Positions 9,971-18,926 of a DNA stretch of 64,000 bases are shown one piece after another (position 1 is the first letter of the stretch; every line of letters starts with the position of its first letter). The notes under the pieces were generated by a model. The model did not search any database. It had not been told where the DNA came from and was given only the letters and a program-made list of their open reading frames with translations. Source of the stretch: an uncultured Actinomycetes bacterium (lineage in GTDB: Bacteria; Actinomycetota; Thermoleophilia; Gaiellales; Gaiellaceae); the NCBI GenBank assembly GCA_963788055.1, contig CAWBFA010000005.1:233783-297782 (forward strand), given 5' to 3'. The translations under genes were made by a program, and so were the position numbers.

Positions 9971-11077
9971 GTGGGTGTTTTCGCCTCTCCCGTCCACGAG
10001 CGCCGGCGGCCCGGGCGCCCCTGGGCTGCCCGCCGGCCGGCGCTTCGAGTCGCCGTCTTCACGACGTCTTTCCCCTCGGGCGACCGCGACGCCTCCGGCC
10101 GCTTCGTTGCCGACGCCGTCGAACGCCTCCGGGAGCAGGGCGTGGCCGTTCAGGTCATTCACCCGGCACTCGCCGGCGAGGGTGGCGTGGTCGCGAAGCT
10201 GCGGCGGCGCCCCTGGCTCGCCCTCGGGTTCATCATGCGCTCCGTGCTGGCCTTGCGCCGGGCCGACTGCGACCTCGTCCACGCGCACTGGCTCCTCTCC
10301 GGCGCCGTCGCCGCGTTCGCGGGCAAGCCCTTCGTCCTGACCCTTCACGGCTCCGGCTCAGCGGGCCCCTTCAGCGACCTCGAGCTCGCCGACCGGGCTC
10401 CCAGGCTCGTCGGCGCGATCCTCCGCCGGGCGCGGCTCGTGATCGCCGTCTCCGAGCCGCTGGCCGCGGCCGCCCGCCGGTGCGGCGCCCGCGACGTGCG
10501 GGTGATCCCGAACGGGATCGTGTTGCCCGCTCAGACGTCGGGAGAGTCCGAGCCCGCCGAGATCCTGTTTGCAGGCCGCCTGAGCCCGGAGAAGGGCATT
10601 CAGGAGCTTGTGGAGGCATGCCGGGGGCTCAACCTGGTGGTCGCGGGTGACGGGCCTCTTCGAGACGTGGTTCCCGAGGCGCTGGGGTTCCTCGCCCCGG
10701 CCGAGCTGGCCGAGCGTTACCGCAGGGCCGCCATCGTCGTCTGCCCCTCGCGAAGCGAGGGCTTCGGCGTCGTCTGCGCCGAAGCGATGGCCCACGGCAA
10801 GCCGGTCGTCGCGACCGCTGTCGGGGGCCTGCAGGAGCTCGTGCGACACGCCCGAACCGGCTTCCTCGTGGAGCCGGGCAACCCCGCAGCCCTGCGCATC
10901 GCGATCAAGCTCCTGCTCGCCGACCCCCAGCTCCGACGCCGGCTCGGAGAGAACGCGCGCGCCGACGTCGCCGAGCGCTTCGCCTGGCCCGCGATCACGC
11001 AGGCGACGGTCGACGCGTACCGCGCAGCCCTCGGGGTCCACGCACCCGAGCCTGCTCCGCTCGAGGCGGCGGCGTGA
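9971..11077 (+). CDS. glycosyltransferase family 4 (paralogue of 1376..2401)
   Basis: Protein-like part of ORF 9575..11077. The in-frame GTG at 9971 lies 25 nt from the divergent ATP-grasp start. Motif EGFGVVCAEAMAHGKPVVATAVGGLQELV. Alignable by eye along its length with the 1376..2401 product. Confidence 0.8.
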   Translation: MGVFASPVHERRRPGRPWAARRPALRVAVFTTSFPSGDRDASGRFVADAVERLREQGVAVQVIHPALAGEGGVVAKLRRRPWLALGFIMRSVLALRRADCDLVHAHWLLSGAVAAFAGKPFVLTLHGSGSAGPFSDLELADRAPRLVGAILRRARLVIAVSEPLAAAARRCGARDVRVIPNGIVLPAQTSGESEPAEILFAGRLSPEKGIQELVEACRGLNLVVAGDGPLRDVVPEALGFLAPAELAERYRRAAIVVCPSRSEGFGVVCAEAMAHGKPVVATAVGGLQELVRHARTGFLVEPGNPAALRIAIKLLLADPQLRRRLGENARADVAERFAWPAITQATVDAYRAALGVHAPEPAPLEAAA

Positions 11078-11754
11078 TCGCGCTCCGCAAGGCGCCGTCG
11101 AGCTACGACGAGCGTTTCATGGACACAATGGCGTCCGAGTACCTCGAGCGGACGCCCTGGACCGAGCTGCGTCTTGCGGCAGTTCGCGACCTCGTCGACC
11201 CGCAGTCCGGCGACCGGATCCTCGACCTCGGCTGCGCCGCCGGCGCGATCACTCACTACCTGTCGACGTTCGGCGCCCGTTCTGTCGGAATCGACCTGGA
11301 GGAGCTGGCGATTGCGAAGGCGCGCACGCTCTTTCCCGAGTGCACGTTCGAGGTCGCCGACGCGACAGCTCTTCCTTTCGACTCCGAGAGCTTCGACAAG
11401 GCCGTCGCCGCCGACTTCGTCGAGCACATCCCCGACGACGCCTTCCTCGCGATGTGCGACGAGCTCCGCCGAGTCCTCGTTCCCGGCGGGACGTTCGCGG
11501 TGTACGCGCCGAACCCGCGACATCTGATCGAGCGGATGAAGGAGCGAGACTTCGTGCTCGCGCAGAATCCGACGCACATCGGGCTGCGCGACGCCGATCA
11601 CATGACGCGCGTGCTCGAGCAGGGCGGCTTCCGCGTCGTCCGGAGCGAGTGGCGGCCGAGCTTCTTCCGCGGCCTCCGTGCCGTCGAGAAGGTCGCCGGC
11701 CCGCGGCTCGAGCTGTTTCGCTACCGCCTTTGCGTGCTCGCGCAGAGCGTGTAG
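11074..11754 (+). CDS. class I SAM-dependent methyltransferase
   Basis: 226-aa ORF. SAM motif ILDLGCAAGAITHYLSTFGARSVGIDLEE. 4-nt overlap with the preceding GT4 stop. Confidence 0.85.
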   Translation: MIALRKAPSSYDERFMDTMASEYLERTPWTELRLAAVRDLVDPQSGDRILDLGCAAGAITHYLSTFGARSVGIDLEELAIAKARTLFPECTFEVADATALPFDSESFDKAVAADFVEHIPDDAFLAMCDELRRVLVPGGTFAVYAPNPRHLIERMKERDFVLAQNPTHIGLRDADHMTRVLEQGGFRVVRSEWRPSFFRGLRAVEKVAGPRLELFRYRLCVLAQSV

Positions 11755-13640
11755 CGACCGTCGGAGAGCAGCTTCGGGGCGCAGGTGGTCCTCACACGCT
11801 TGCCGTCGAGGACGACCCAGTCGTAGCGTCCCGGGAAGCTCCCGGTCCGCACGTACTCCTCCCAGTCCTCGACGCGCTCGTACGGGCGGTTCGCCTTCGT
11901 GTCCCCCACGTGCGTCGGGGCCGAGACCGCGACGTAGACGGGCGCGTACGCCGCGATCCAGTAGGACGTCTCGGGATCCGAGAGCACGATGTCACCCGGG
12001 TTCGTGTAGCGGTCGAGCGCCGTGCGCAGCTCAGCCGTCAGCTCCTGGTGCGGTTTCGGTCGCTCCCAGCCGGACGTCACGGCCATCGGGACGACGAAGA
12101 GCACGCACGCCGCGGCGGGGAGCCAGTCCATGCGCTCGAGCGTCGGGACGCGCGAGCGCAGCGAGAGGCCGAGCACGATTGCACCGAGCGCCCCGCCGAG
12201 GGCGATCCAGACAGGCAGTGTCGGACCGCCCTCCTGGAGGCGGTAGCCGAAGTCGCCCGGCCAGGCCCACTCGAGGACGACGCCCATCGCGAGCGCGAAC
12301 GGAAGCACCGCCCACGAGAACGTCCGCGAGAGGACCGCGGCTCCGCCCGCGAGCGCGAAGGCGAGCGGCAGGAAGCCGGCGAGGCGCCGCGCCTGCGAGA
12401 GCGAAACCGCGTCGACGAAGCGCGGGAACAGCACGTCCGAGAGCAGCACCGCGAGCACGACGAGCGTGCCCCCGAGTACGAGCGCCGCCCAGCGCCGCCG
12501 GATCCCGAAGAGTGCGAGCGGCACGAGGCAGAGCGCCGCGAGCGGCACAGGCCCCGCCCGGGTCAGCACCTCCGGGTTCAGGTGGAAGCTGCTCTCCGAG
12601 TCGACGATGAACTGGCCCGGGTAGCGGTCGAACCCGTGCCGCTTCGACTCCACCTGCGCACTCGACGGCGTGAACGACGCAGTGTCCCGCACGACGGGAA
12701 AGAGCCAGGCGAGGAACACCGCCGCGCCGACGGCGAACGCCGCGCCCGCGACGAGGAGCGTGCGGAGCTCGGACGGCTCGACCAACGCCCGGACGACGGC
12801 GAAGCCCAGCAGCACGAGCAGCAGGAAGAGCGCATACGTCGGGTGCACGACCGCGAGCACGAGCCCCGCGGATGCGACGAGGGCGAGGCCTGCGCGCGTC
12901 GGTTCATGCAGGTACGTGAAGACCAGTGCGAGTGCTGCCGGCACGAGCAGCATGCGTCCGCCGGCCGTCGCGGGCAGCGCGAGCAAGCGGAGCGCGCCGC
13001 CCGAGCCCGACGCGAGGGCGGTGACGCCGAGCGTCGCCGCCAGCGTCGCGATCCCGAGCCAGCGCGAACGGAAGACCGCTGCACCGGCCTCGTAGACGAC
13101 GAGGAACGAGAGGGGCGCGAGCACCGCCGCCTCGTGCACGACGACCTCCGTCGGGTCGACCCCCGCGATCTTTGCGACCAGCGCGAGGAACGCGTGCCAG
13201 AGCGGGAACGCATAGCCCGGGTGCAGTCCGCCGTCGACGAACTCGCCGACCCCCTCGAGCGAGAGCGCGTCGAACGCCACGAGCTTCCGGACGCGCGCAA
13301 GGTGGAAGAGCGCGTCGCCGGAGGGGTCGGGCAGGACGCGCCAGAGGAGCAGTCCGAAGAGCACCCCTCCGCCCAGCACCGCGAGCCAGGTCCAGTCGGG
13401 CGCAGGTACCGGTCTGTTTTTTGCTCGCCGGAGCGCGACCGGAATCGCCGCGAGCCCCGCTGCCAGGAGCAGCCAGACCGCGAGCGTCAGCGACGAGCCC
13501 GTCGCGAACACGACCACCATCGCGCCGAAGATCAGCGTCAGGCTCGTCACCACCGCACCGGAGGCCGAGCGCGCGAGTAGTGCACCGGGCGCGAGGAGCA
13601 GGAGCGTCGCTCCTGCGAGCCGGAGGTAGAGCTCGATCAC
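11721..13640 (-). CDS. large polytopic membrane protein, putative GT-C-like glycosyltransferase
   Basis: Protein-like C-terminal 639 codons of ORF 11721..14459. The GTG at 13640..13638 overlaps the TGA (13639..13637) of the upstream GT2 gene. About 14 hydrophobic segments plus a soluble C-terminal domain. Confidence 0.6.
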   Translation of the reverse strand: MIELYLRLAGATLLLLAPGALLARSASGAVVTSLTLIFGAMVVVFATGSSLTLAVWLLLAAGLAAIPVALRRAKNRPVPAPDWTWLAVLGGGVLFGLLLWRVLPDPSGDALFHLARVRKLVAFDALSLEGVGEFVDGGLHPGYAFPLWHAFLALVAKIAGVDPTEVVVHEAAVLAPLSFLVVYEAGAAVFRSRWLGIATLAATLGVTALASGSGGALRLLALPATAGGRMLLVPAALALVFTYLHEPTRAGLALVASAGLVLAVVHPTYALFLLLVLLGFAVVRALVEPSELRTLLVAGAAFAVGAAVFLAWLFPVVRDTASFTPSSAQVESKRHGFDRYPGQFIVDSESSFHLNPEVLTRAGPVPLAALCLVPLALFGIRRRWAALVLGGTLVVLAVLLSDVLFPRFVDAVSLSQARRLAGFLPLAFALAGGAAVLSRTFSWAVLPFALAMGVVLEWAWPGDFGYRLQEGGPTLPVWIALGGALGAIVLGLSLRSRVPTLERMDWLPAAACVLFVVPMAVTSGWERPKPHQELTAELRTALDRYTNPGDIVLSDPETSYWIAAYAPVYVAVSAPTHVGDTKANRPYERVEDWEEYVRTGSFPGRYDWVVLDGKRVRTTCAPKLLSDGRYTLCASTQRR

Positions 13641-14503
13641 GGACGCAACAGGCCGCGCGCCGCCTGTCGGTAGCTCCGCCCGCGCTCCCCGCGGAAGAGA
13701 AGACCGCGGAGCGCAAGGGCTGCGACCAGCAGCGCCCGGGTAAGGGCCGCAGCCGCCGCGCCTTGGTGCTTGCGCACGAAGCGCACGTGGCTTCGAACCT
13801 GTGTGGTGAACATCTTCCCCCACTCGCGTTTCGTTGCATCCCCGCCCACGTGCACGACCTCGGCCCCAGGGAAGAACACGACCTGCCAGCCGACCTCGCG
13901 CATCCGGTACTGCCAATCCGACTCTTCGTTGAACATGAAGAACGACTCGTCGAGCCCGCCGACCTGCTCGATCGCACGCCGCCGCACGAGCATCGCGGCA
14001 CCGTTCAGCCACTCCACCTCGCACTCGGCCGCGTGGTCCCAGTTCGCGGCGTAGAAGGCATTGAAGAGCCGCGAGCGCGGCGCGAGCTTGCGGAGGAAGA
14101 AGAACTCGGTCGCGAGCCGCCAGGGCGTCGGGAACCCGCGCGCCGAGCGCTGCAGCGTGCCGTCGGTGTTCAGCAGCCTCGGCCCGACGAGCGCCGCCCG
14201 CGGGCGTTCGTTCGCGAACTCGACGAGGCGCCCGAGCCCGTCGCCCAGCACCCACGCGTCGGCGTTCAGGAGGAACACCCACGGTTCGGTCGACTCGGTC
14301 ACCCCGCGGTTCCAGCCCGCGCCGACCCCCTTGTTCGCCTGCTCCACGACGCGCACATTCTCGAAGCGGCTCGCGACCTCGAGTGTCTCGTCCGTCGAGC
14401 CGTGGTCGACGACGACCGTCGGATACTCGCGCACGCTCTCGAGGCACCGCTCGAGCCACGGCTGCGCGTTGTAGGTCACGACGACGACGGCCACCTCACC
14501 CAC
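13637..14503 (-). CDS. GT2 glycosyltransferase (rhamnosyltransferase-like)
   Basis: 288-aa ORF. VAVVVVTYNAQPWLERCLESV ... VVDHGSTDET ... FLLNADAW are typical GT-A family 2 features. Confidence 0.85.
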   Translation of the reverse strand: MGEVAVVVVTYNAQPWLERCLESVREYPTVVVDHGSTDETLEVASRFENVRVVEQANKGVGAGWNRGVTESTEPWVFLLNADAWVLGDGLGRLVEFANERPRAALVGPRLLNTDGTLQRSARGFPTPWRLATEFFFLRKLAPRSRLFNAFYAANWDHAAECEVEWLNGAAMLVRRRAIEQVGGLDESFFMFNEESDWQYRMREVGWQVVFFPGAEVVHVGGDATKREWGKMFTTQVRSHVRFVRKHQGAAAAALTRALLVAALALRGLLFRGERGRSYRQAARGLLRP

Positions 14504-15443
14504 GGCGGAGGTTCTCCCAGGCGAGGATCCCGAGACCCGGGAGCGAGAGCACGATCGTGACGAGGAAGAACAGGAACCCGGCCGCGAACGCCTGGTCGGA
14601 CGGCACGCCGAGGTTCCCGAGGAAGCTGACGAAGAACGCCTCGCGGACCGCGAACCCGTTGAGCGTGAACGGCACGAGCAGCACGAGGAAGAAGAGCGGG
14701 CCCATCACGTAGTAGACCCTGACCGAAAGGTCGATTCCGACCGCCTCAGCCGCGGCCCAGATCGCGAGCACACGAACCGCCTGGACGGCGAGCGTGAGCG
14801 CAAAGACGCCGACGAGCAGGCGCGGCGTGGTCCGGTAGGAGTGGATCGCCTCGTACACGGCGCGCACCGGACGGTCGAGTCGCAGTGGCCGGAGGAGCGG
14901 TGCGAGCCGCGCGAGCAGCGGCCGCAGCGACCGCGAGAAGAGCACGACCGCGAGGACGATCGTCGCGACGACGAAGGCCGCCTCGATCCAGAGGTACGCG
15001 CCGACGTCGTAGCGCCCGACCGCGAGCGCGAGCCCTACAGCGCCGAGCGCGAGCGTCGCCGCGCCGCCGAGGGCGCGCTCGAGCAGCACCGAGCCGGCTA
15101 CCGGTCCCCCACGCCCCGGATGGCGCCGCGAGGTCTCGAAGATCCGCATCGCATCACCGCCGATCGACGTCGGCAGGATCTGCCCGGCCGCGTACGCGGT
15201 GAGGTACGCCCGCACGAGCCACGGCACCCGGTCGTGGATCCCGTGCGCGGCGAGCAGCCACTGCCAGCGCCAGGCCATCGGCACCACGGTGACGAGCATG
15301 ATCGCGGCGGACAGCAGGAACCACCGGAGATCCGCGTCGGCGATCGTGGACAGCGCTTCACGGACGTCGACCTTCCAGAGGATGTACGCGAGTGCGAGAC
15401 CGGTGACGACGAGCGTCCCAAGGACGCGCGCAGCTCTGCTCAT
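14496..15443 (-). CDS. UPF0104 / lysylphosphatidylglycerol-synthase-TM-like flippase-like membrane protein
   Basis: Protein-like part of ORF 14496..15593 from the ATG at 15443. N-terminus LALAYILWKVDVREALSTIADADLRWFLLSAAIMLV...PMAWRWQWLL, with about 8 TM helices. Confidence 0.7.
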   Translation of the reverse strand: MSRAARVLGTLVVTGLALAYILWKVDVREALSTIADADLRWFLLSAAIMLVTVVPMAWRWQWLLAAHGIHDRVPWLVRAYLTAYAAGQILPTSIGGDAMRIFETSRRHPGRGGPVAGSVLLERALGGAATLALGAVGLALAVGRYDVGAYLWIEAAFVVATIVLAVVLFSRSLRPLLARLAPLLRPLRLDRPVRAVYEAIHSYRTTPRLLVGVFALTLAVQAVRVLAIWAAAEAVGIDLSVRVYYVMGPLFFLVLLVPFTLNGFAVREAFFVSFLGNLGVPSDQAFAAGFLFFLVTIVLSLPGLGILAWENLRRG

Positions 15444-15447
15444 GTCT

Positions 15448-15610
15448 GAACCTGTCCCGGAGCGAGGCGCTGTGCCGCCGGGCCACGCTGGGCGGCGCGA
15501 TGCGGCGTCCTCAGTCGCGCCCGTATCACGAGGATACGAACGCTCCCTGCGTCCTTGCCTCGCACAACCCAGCGCACCCCGGCGACGAGGCATCGCTCCG
15601 GAACAGGTTC
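15448..15610 (-). repeat. 21-nt inverted repeat bracketing the aminotransferase/flippase-like intercistronic region
   Basis: GAACCTGTCCCGGAGCGAGGC (15448..15468) versus the reverse complement of GCATCGCTCCGGAACAGGTTC (15590..15610): 19/21 identical. On the minus-strand RNA one mismatch becomes G-U. The distal arm overlaps the upstream stop codon. The proximal arm ends 4 nt before the downstream ATG. Confidence 0.7.
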
Positions 15611-16742
15611 AAGCGAATCGCTCGTGCACGCGCTGCAGCGCCGCGATCGCGTCCTCGACATCCTCGTCGGAGTGCGCGGGCGAAAGCGGCAGCGACAGGA
15701 CCTCCGAGCCTGCGCGCTCCGCGACCGGCAGCGACACGTCCGGCCACTGCTCGCGGTACCAGGTCAGCAGATGCACGGGCAGGAAGTGGATCGACGTCCC
15801 GATGTTCTCCTCGGTGAGCGCGCGCTGGTACTCGTCGCGTGTCGCGCCCGCACTCTCAGCTTCCACGCGCACGACGTAGAGGTGCAGTGCGTGCAGGTCG
15901 CGCGGGTCGCGCACGAGCGGCGTGATCCCGTCCAACGCGGCGACCGCCGCGTCGTAGAGCGCCACGTGGCGCTCCCGGATCGAACGGTGCGCATCGACCT
16001 TCGCGAGCTGCACGAGCGCGATCGAGGCGAGCACGTCGCTCAGGTTCGCCTTGTACCCTGGCACGCCGATGTCGTAGAGCGACCCGTGCCCACGGCGCAT
16101 CAGCCGCCGATCGCGAATCGCCTCGGCGAAGTCGTCGCGATCGGTCGTGACGATCCCTCCTTCGCCCGCAGCGATGTTCTTCGTCGCGTAGAGCGAGAAG
16201 CACGTCGCGTCCACGATCGACCCGACCTTGCGGCCGCGGTACTCCGACTCGGCTGCGTGCGCCGCGTCCTCGACGACCGGCAGACCGAGCTCGAGCAGCG
16301 GATCGAGATCCGCTGGCTGGCCTGCGAGGTCGACCGGCATGATCGCCTTCGTCCGCGCCGTCACGGCCTCGCGCACCCGGTCGGGGTCGATGTTCAGGTC
16401 GTCCTCGCGTACGTCGACGAACACGGGCGTCGCGCCCGAGTGCACGATCACGTTGGCCGTTGCCGGCCAAGTGATCGGCGACGTGATCACCTCGTCCCCG
16501 GGACCGACCCCGAGTGCAAGCAACGAGAGGTGCAGCGCCGCCGTCCCGCTCGAGAGCGCGATCGCGTGGCGTGCGCCGGCGTACTCGGCGAACCGCTCCT
16601 CGAGCTCGGCGGTGCGCGGCCCCGTGGTCAGCCAGCCCGAGCGAAGCGTCTCCGCGACGGCCTCGATCTCCTCCTCGCCGATTGCGGGAGGCTGGAACGA
16701 CAGAAAGGTTTCCCGCCTACGCGAGAGCTTTGGCGTCGACAT
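15609..16742 (-). CDS. DegT/DnrJ/EryC1/StrS-family PLP sugar aminotransferase
   Basis: Protein-like part of ORF 15609..16931 from the ATG at 16742. FLSFQPPAIGEEEIEAVAETLRSGWLTTGPRTAELEERF ... FSLYATKNIAAGEGG (PLP-lysine region). Confidence 0.85.
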   Translation of the reverse strand: MSTPKLSRRRETFLSFQPPAIGEEEIEAVAETLRSGWLTTGPRTAELEERFAEYAGARHAIALSSGTAALHLSLLALGVGPGDEVITSPITWPATANVIVHSGATPVFVDVREDDLNIDPDRVREAVTARTKAIMPVDLAGQPADLDPLLELGLPVVEDAAHAAESEYRGRKVGSIVDATCFSLYATKNIAAGEGGIVTTDRDDFAEAIRDRRLMRRGHGSLYDIGVPGYKANLSDVLASIALVQLAKVDAHRSIRERHVALYDAAVAALDGITPLVRDPRDLHALHLYVVRVEAESAGATRDEYQRALTEENIGTSIHFLPVHLLTWYREQWPDVSLPVAERAGSEVLSLPLSPAHSDEDVEDAIAALQRVHERFA

Positions 16743-17970
16743 CGGCGGTGACGAAGCGTATGCGCTCCGCGGCAGCGGCGGCACGCTCGAGCGCTTGCGC
16801 GCGGCTGTCGCCCACCGCCTGCACCGCGCCGGCGCGGTCCGAGCCGACACGCAGTTCGCCGAAACGCCAACCCGGTTCGCGGTAGATCCGGACGTGCGCG
16901 ATGCCTTCGACGGCGAGCGCCTCGTCCACACCCTCGACCGAGCGAAGCTGACCGGGCGGCGCTGTCAGGAACCGAGTGACCGCGCCGCCGGTCGGCTCGA
17001 GCGGCGCGAGCGCCCGCAGCGGAATCGCCTCGCCGAGCGCAGCCGCGAGCGCGAGCTCGTTCAGGTCGACGCCGAGCGCAGCCTCGCAGAGCTCGGCGTC
17101 GTGACCGCCGCCGAGCCGCGCGGCGAGCTCGACGACCTTGACTCCGTGCGGTCCGACGACGACCTGCGTGTACGTCGGGCCGTTCTCGATCCCGAGCGCA
17201 GCCGCTGCCTCGCGCGCCGCCTCGACCGCCGCCCCGACCCGGGCCGGTGCGAGTGCGCTCGGCCAGACGTGCGCCAGCGCGACGCCGAACGCCGGCGGAT
17301 CGGCGCGGACGCGGTCGGTCACGGTCAGCGGGTGGAACCGTCCACCGAGCGAGAACGCGTTGACAGTCACCTCCTGCCCGTCGATCAGCTCCTCGACGAG
17401 GCACGCGTTCGACCGCGACGCCTCGAGCGCGGCGTCCACGGCCGAGGCGAACGACGTCTCGTCCTGGACGAGGGCGAGACCCCGCTGGCCCTGACGGTCC
17501 GGCGCCTTCACGACGCACGGGAAGCCGAGCCGCTCCACCGCGGCGTGCGCCTCCGTCAGGCTCTTGCAGAGCTCGGTCCGGGGCTGCGGAACCCCGGCCA
17601 GGGCGAAGCGCTCGCGCTGCTTGACCTTCGAGATCGCGAGCTGCGCGACCTCGGGCGTGAGCGGGTGCGCGAGGGCGAGCCGCTTCGCGACGCGCGCCGC
17701 GACACCGACCGGCCAGTCGATCCCGGGCGCGATCACGCCGTTGATCCGCTCGGCTTCGGCGAGCCGCTCGATCCCCGGCTCGTCCTCGGTCGAGATGATC
17801 GCGCGGCGGTCGACGAGCGGGAAGCCGGGCGCCCCGGGATCGCGGTCGACCGCGATCACGAACAGGTCCAGCGCGCGTGCGGCCTCGAGTAGCCCGAGCT
17901 GCGCGGCGCCGGCGCCTAGGACGAGGAGGCGCCTGCGACGCCGCTCGGCCGCGCCAGAACCTCTCTCCAC
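16717..17970 (-). CDS. ATP-grasp ligase (paralogue of 23913..25122)
   Basis: Protein-like C-terminal part of ORF 16717..18705. LLVLGAGAAQLGLLEAARALDLFVIAVD ... FPCVVKAPDRQGQRGLALV ... VVELAARLGGGHDAELC. The start is uncertain: GTG 17970 or TTG 17973, overlapping the upstream gene end. Confidence 0.75.
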   Translation of the reverse strand: MERGSGAAERRRRRLLVLGAGAAQLGLLEAARALDLFVIAVDRDPGAPGFPLVDRRAIISTEDEPGIERLAEAERINGVIAPGIDWPVGVAARVAKRLALAHPLTPEVAQLAISKVKQRERFALAGVPQPRTELCKSLTEAHAAVERLGFPCVVKAPDRQGQRGLALVQDETSFASAVDAALEASRSNACLVEELIDGQEVTVNAFSLGGRFHPLTVTDRVRADPPAFGVALAHVWPSALAPARVGAAVEAAREAAAALGIENGPTYTQVVVGPHGVKVVELAARLGGGHDAELCEAALGVDLNELALAAALGEAIPLRALAPLEPTGGAVTRFLTAPPGQLRSVEGVDEALAVEGIAHVRIYREPGWRFGELRVGSDRAGAVQAVGDSRAQALERAAAAAERIRFVTADVDAKALA

Positions 17971-18920
17971 CAAGCCTCGTTCCCGCGATACCAGTCGATG
18001 GTGCGCGCGAGCCCGTCGTCGAACGAGGTCCGCGCGCGCCAGCCCGTCAGGCGCTCCATCTTGTCGGTCGATCCGATGTGCCGATCGACCTGGCCGAGGC
18101 GCTCCGGCACATGCGTCGTCAGGTCGCGCGGCTTCCCCAGCGCCTCGAGGACGTTGTCCGCGATCTGCGACACGGAGATGTCGACGCCGGTCGCGACGTT
18201 CAGCACCTCGCCCGCCACCTCGTCGCGAGGCGCGGCGATGATCGCCTCGATCGCCTCCGCCGTGTCGTCGACGTAGAGCCAGTCGCGCGAGGCGTGGCCG
18301 TCTCCGTGGATCGTCAGCGGCTCGTCTTGCAACGCCTGCGTGATGAAACGCGGGACCACCTTCTCCGGGTGCTGACGGGGACCGTAGTTGTTGAAGGGGC
18401 GAACGATCACGATCGGCAGCCCGTAGGTGACGAAGTACGAGTACGCGAGGCGGTCCGCGCCTGCCTTCGTCGCTGCGTAGGGGGAGCGCGGCTCGAGCGG
18501 GTGGCGCTCGTCCATCGGCGCGGACTCCGCGGTCCCGTACACCTCGCTCGACGAGATGAGGATGAAGCGCTCGACGGGGCTGCGGCGGATCGCGTCGAGC
18601 AGGATCTGCGTACCTTCGACGTTCGTCGTCACGAACTCCGAGCCGCCCTCCTCGATCGACTTCTCGACGTGTGACTCGGCGGCGGCGTTCACGATCACGT
18701 CGCACTCCGAGACGACGCCGGCCACCAACTCGACGTCGCGGATGTCGCCATGCACGAACGAAAGGCGCTCGTGCGCCATGACGTCCTTCAGGTTCGCAGG
18801 GTTACCTGCGTACGTCAGCGCGTCGAGGGAGACCACCTCGTACGGGGTCGCGCGCAGCAGGTGATGGATGAAGTTCGCGGCGATGAACCCGGCGCCGCCG
18901 GTGACGAGCACGCGCTTCAC
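17916..18920 (-). CDS. NDP-sugar 4,6-dehydratase (dTDP-glucose 4,6-dehydratase-like SDR)
   Basis: 334-aa ORF. MKRVLVTGGAGFIAANF (Rossmann), YAATKAGADRLAYSY (YxxxK), GDGHASRDWLYVDDTAEAI. Confidence 0.8.
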   Translation of the reverse strand: MKRVLVTGGAGFIAANFIHHLLRATPYEVVSLDALTYAGNPANLKDVMAHERLSFVHGDIRDVELVAGVVSECDVIVNAAAESHVEKSIEEGGSEFVTTNVEGTQILLDAIRRSPVERFILISSSEVYGTAESAPMDERHPLEPRSPYAATKAGADRLAYSYFVTYGLPIVIVRPFNNYGPRQHPEKVVPRFITQALQDEPLTIHGDGHASRDWLYVDDTAEAIEAIIAAPRDEVAGEVLNVATGVDISVSQIADNVLEALGKPRDLTTHVPERLGQVDRHIGSTDKMERLTGWRARTSFDDGLARTIDWYRGNEAWWREVLARPSGVAGASSS

Positions 18921-18926
18921 GTCCAG

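Noticed and set aside
10608-13580. 990-aa plus-strand ORF
   Set aside because: It is out of frame over the GT4 and methyltransferase genes and antisense to the 11721..13640 membrane protein. The product is extremely Arg/Glu/Asp-rich with no recognisable domain, whereas the opposite-strand and other-frame products are clearly protein-like.
15448-15610. MITE-like mobile element delimited by the 21-nt inverted repeats
   Set aside because: There is no flanking direct repeat (target-site duplication) and no second copy within this window. The arms coincide precisely with a stop codon and a ribosome-binding region, which fits an RNA structure better. This cannot be excluded without a whole-genome search.
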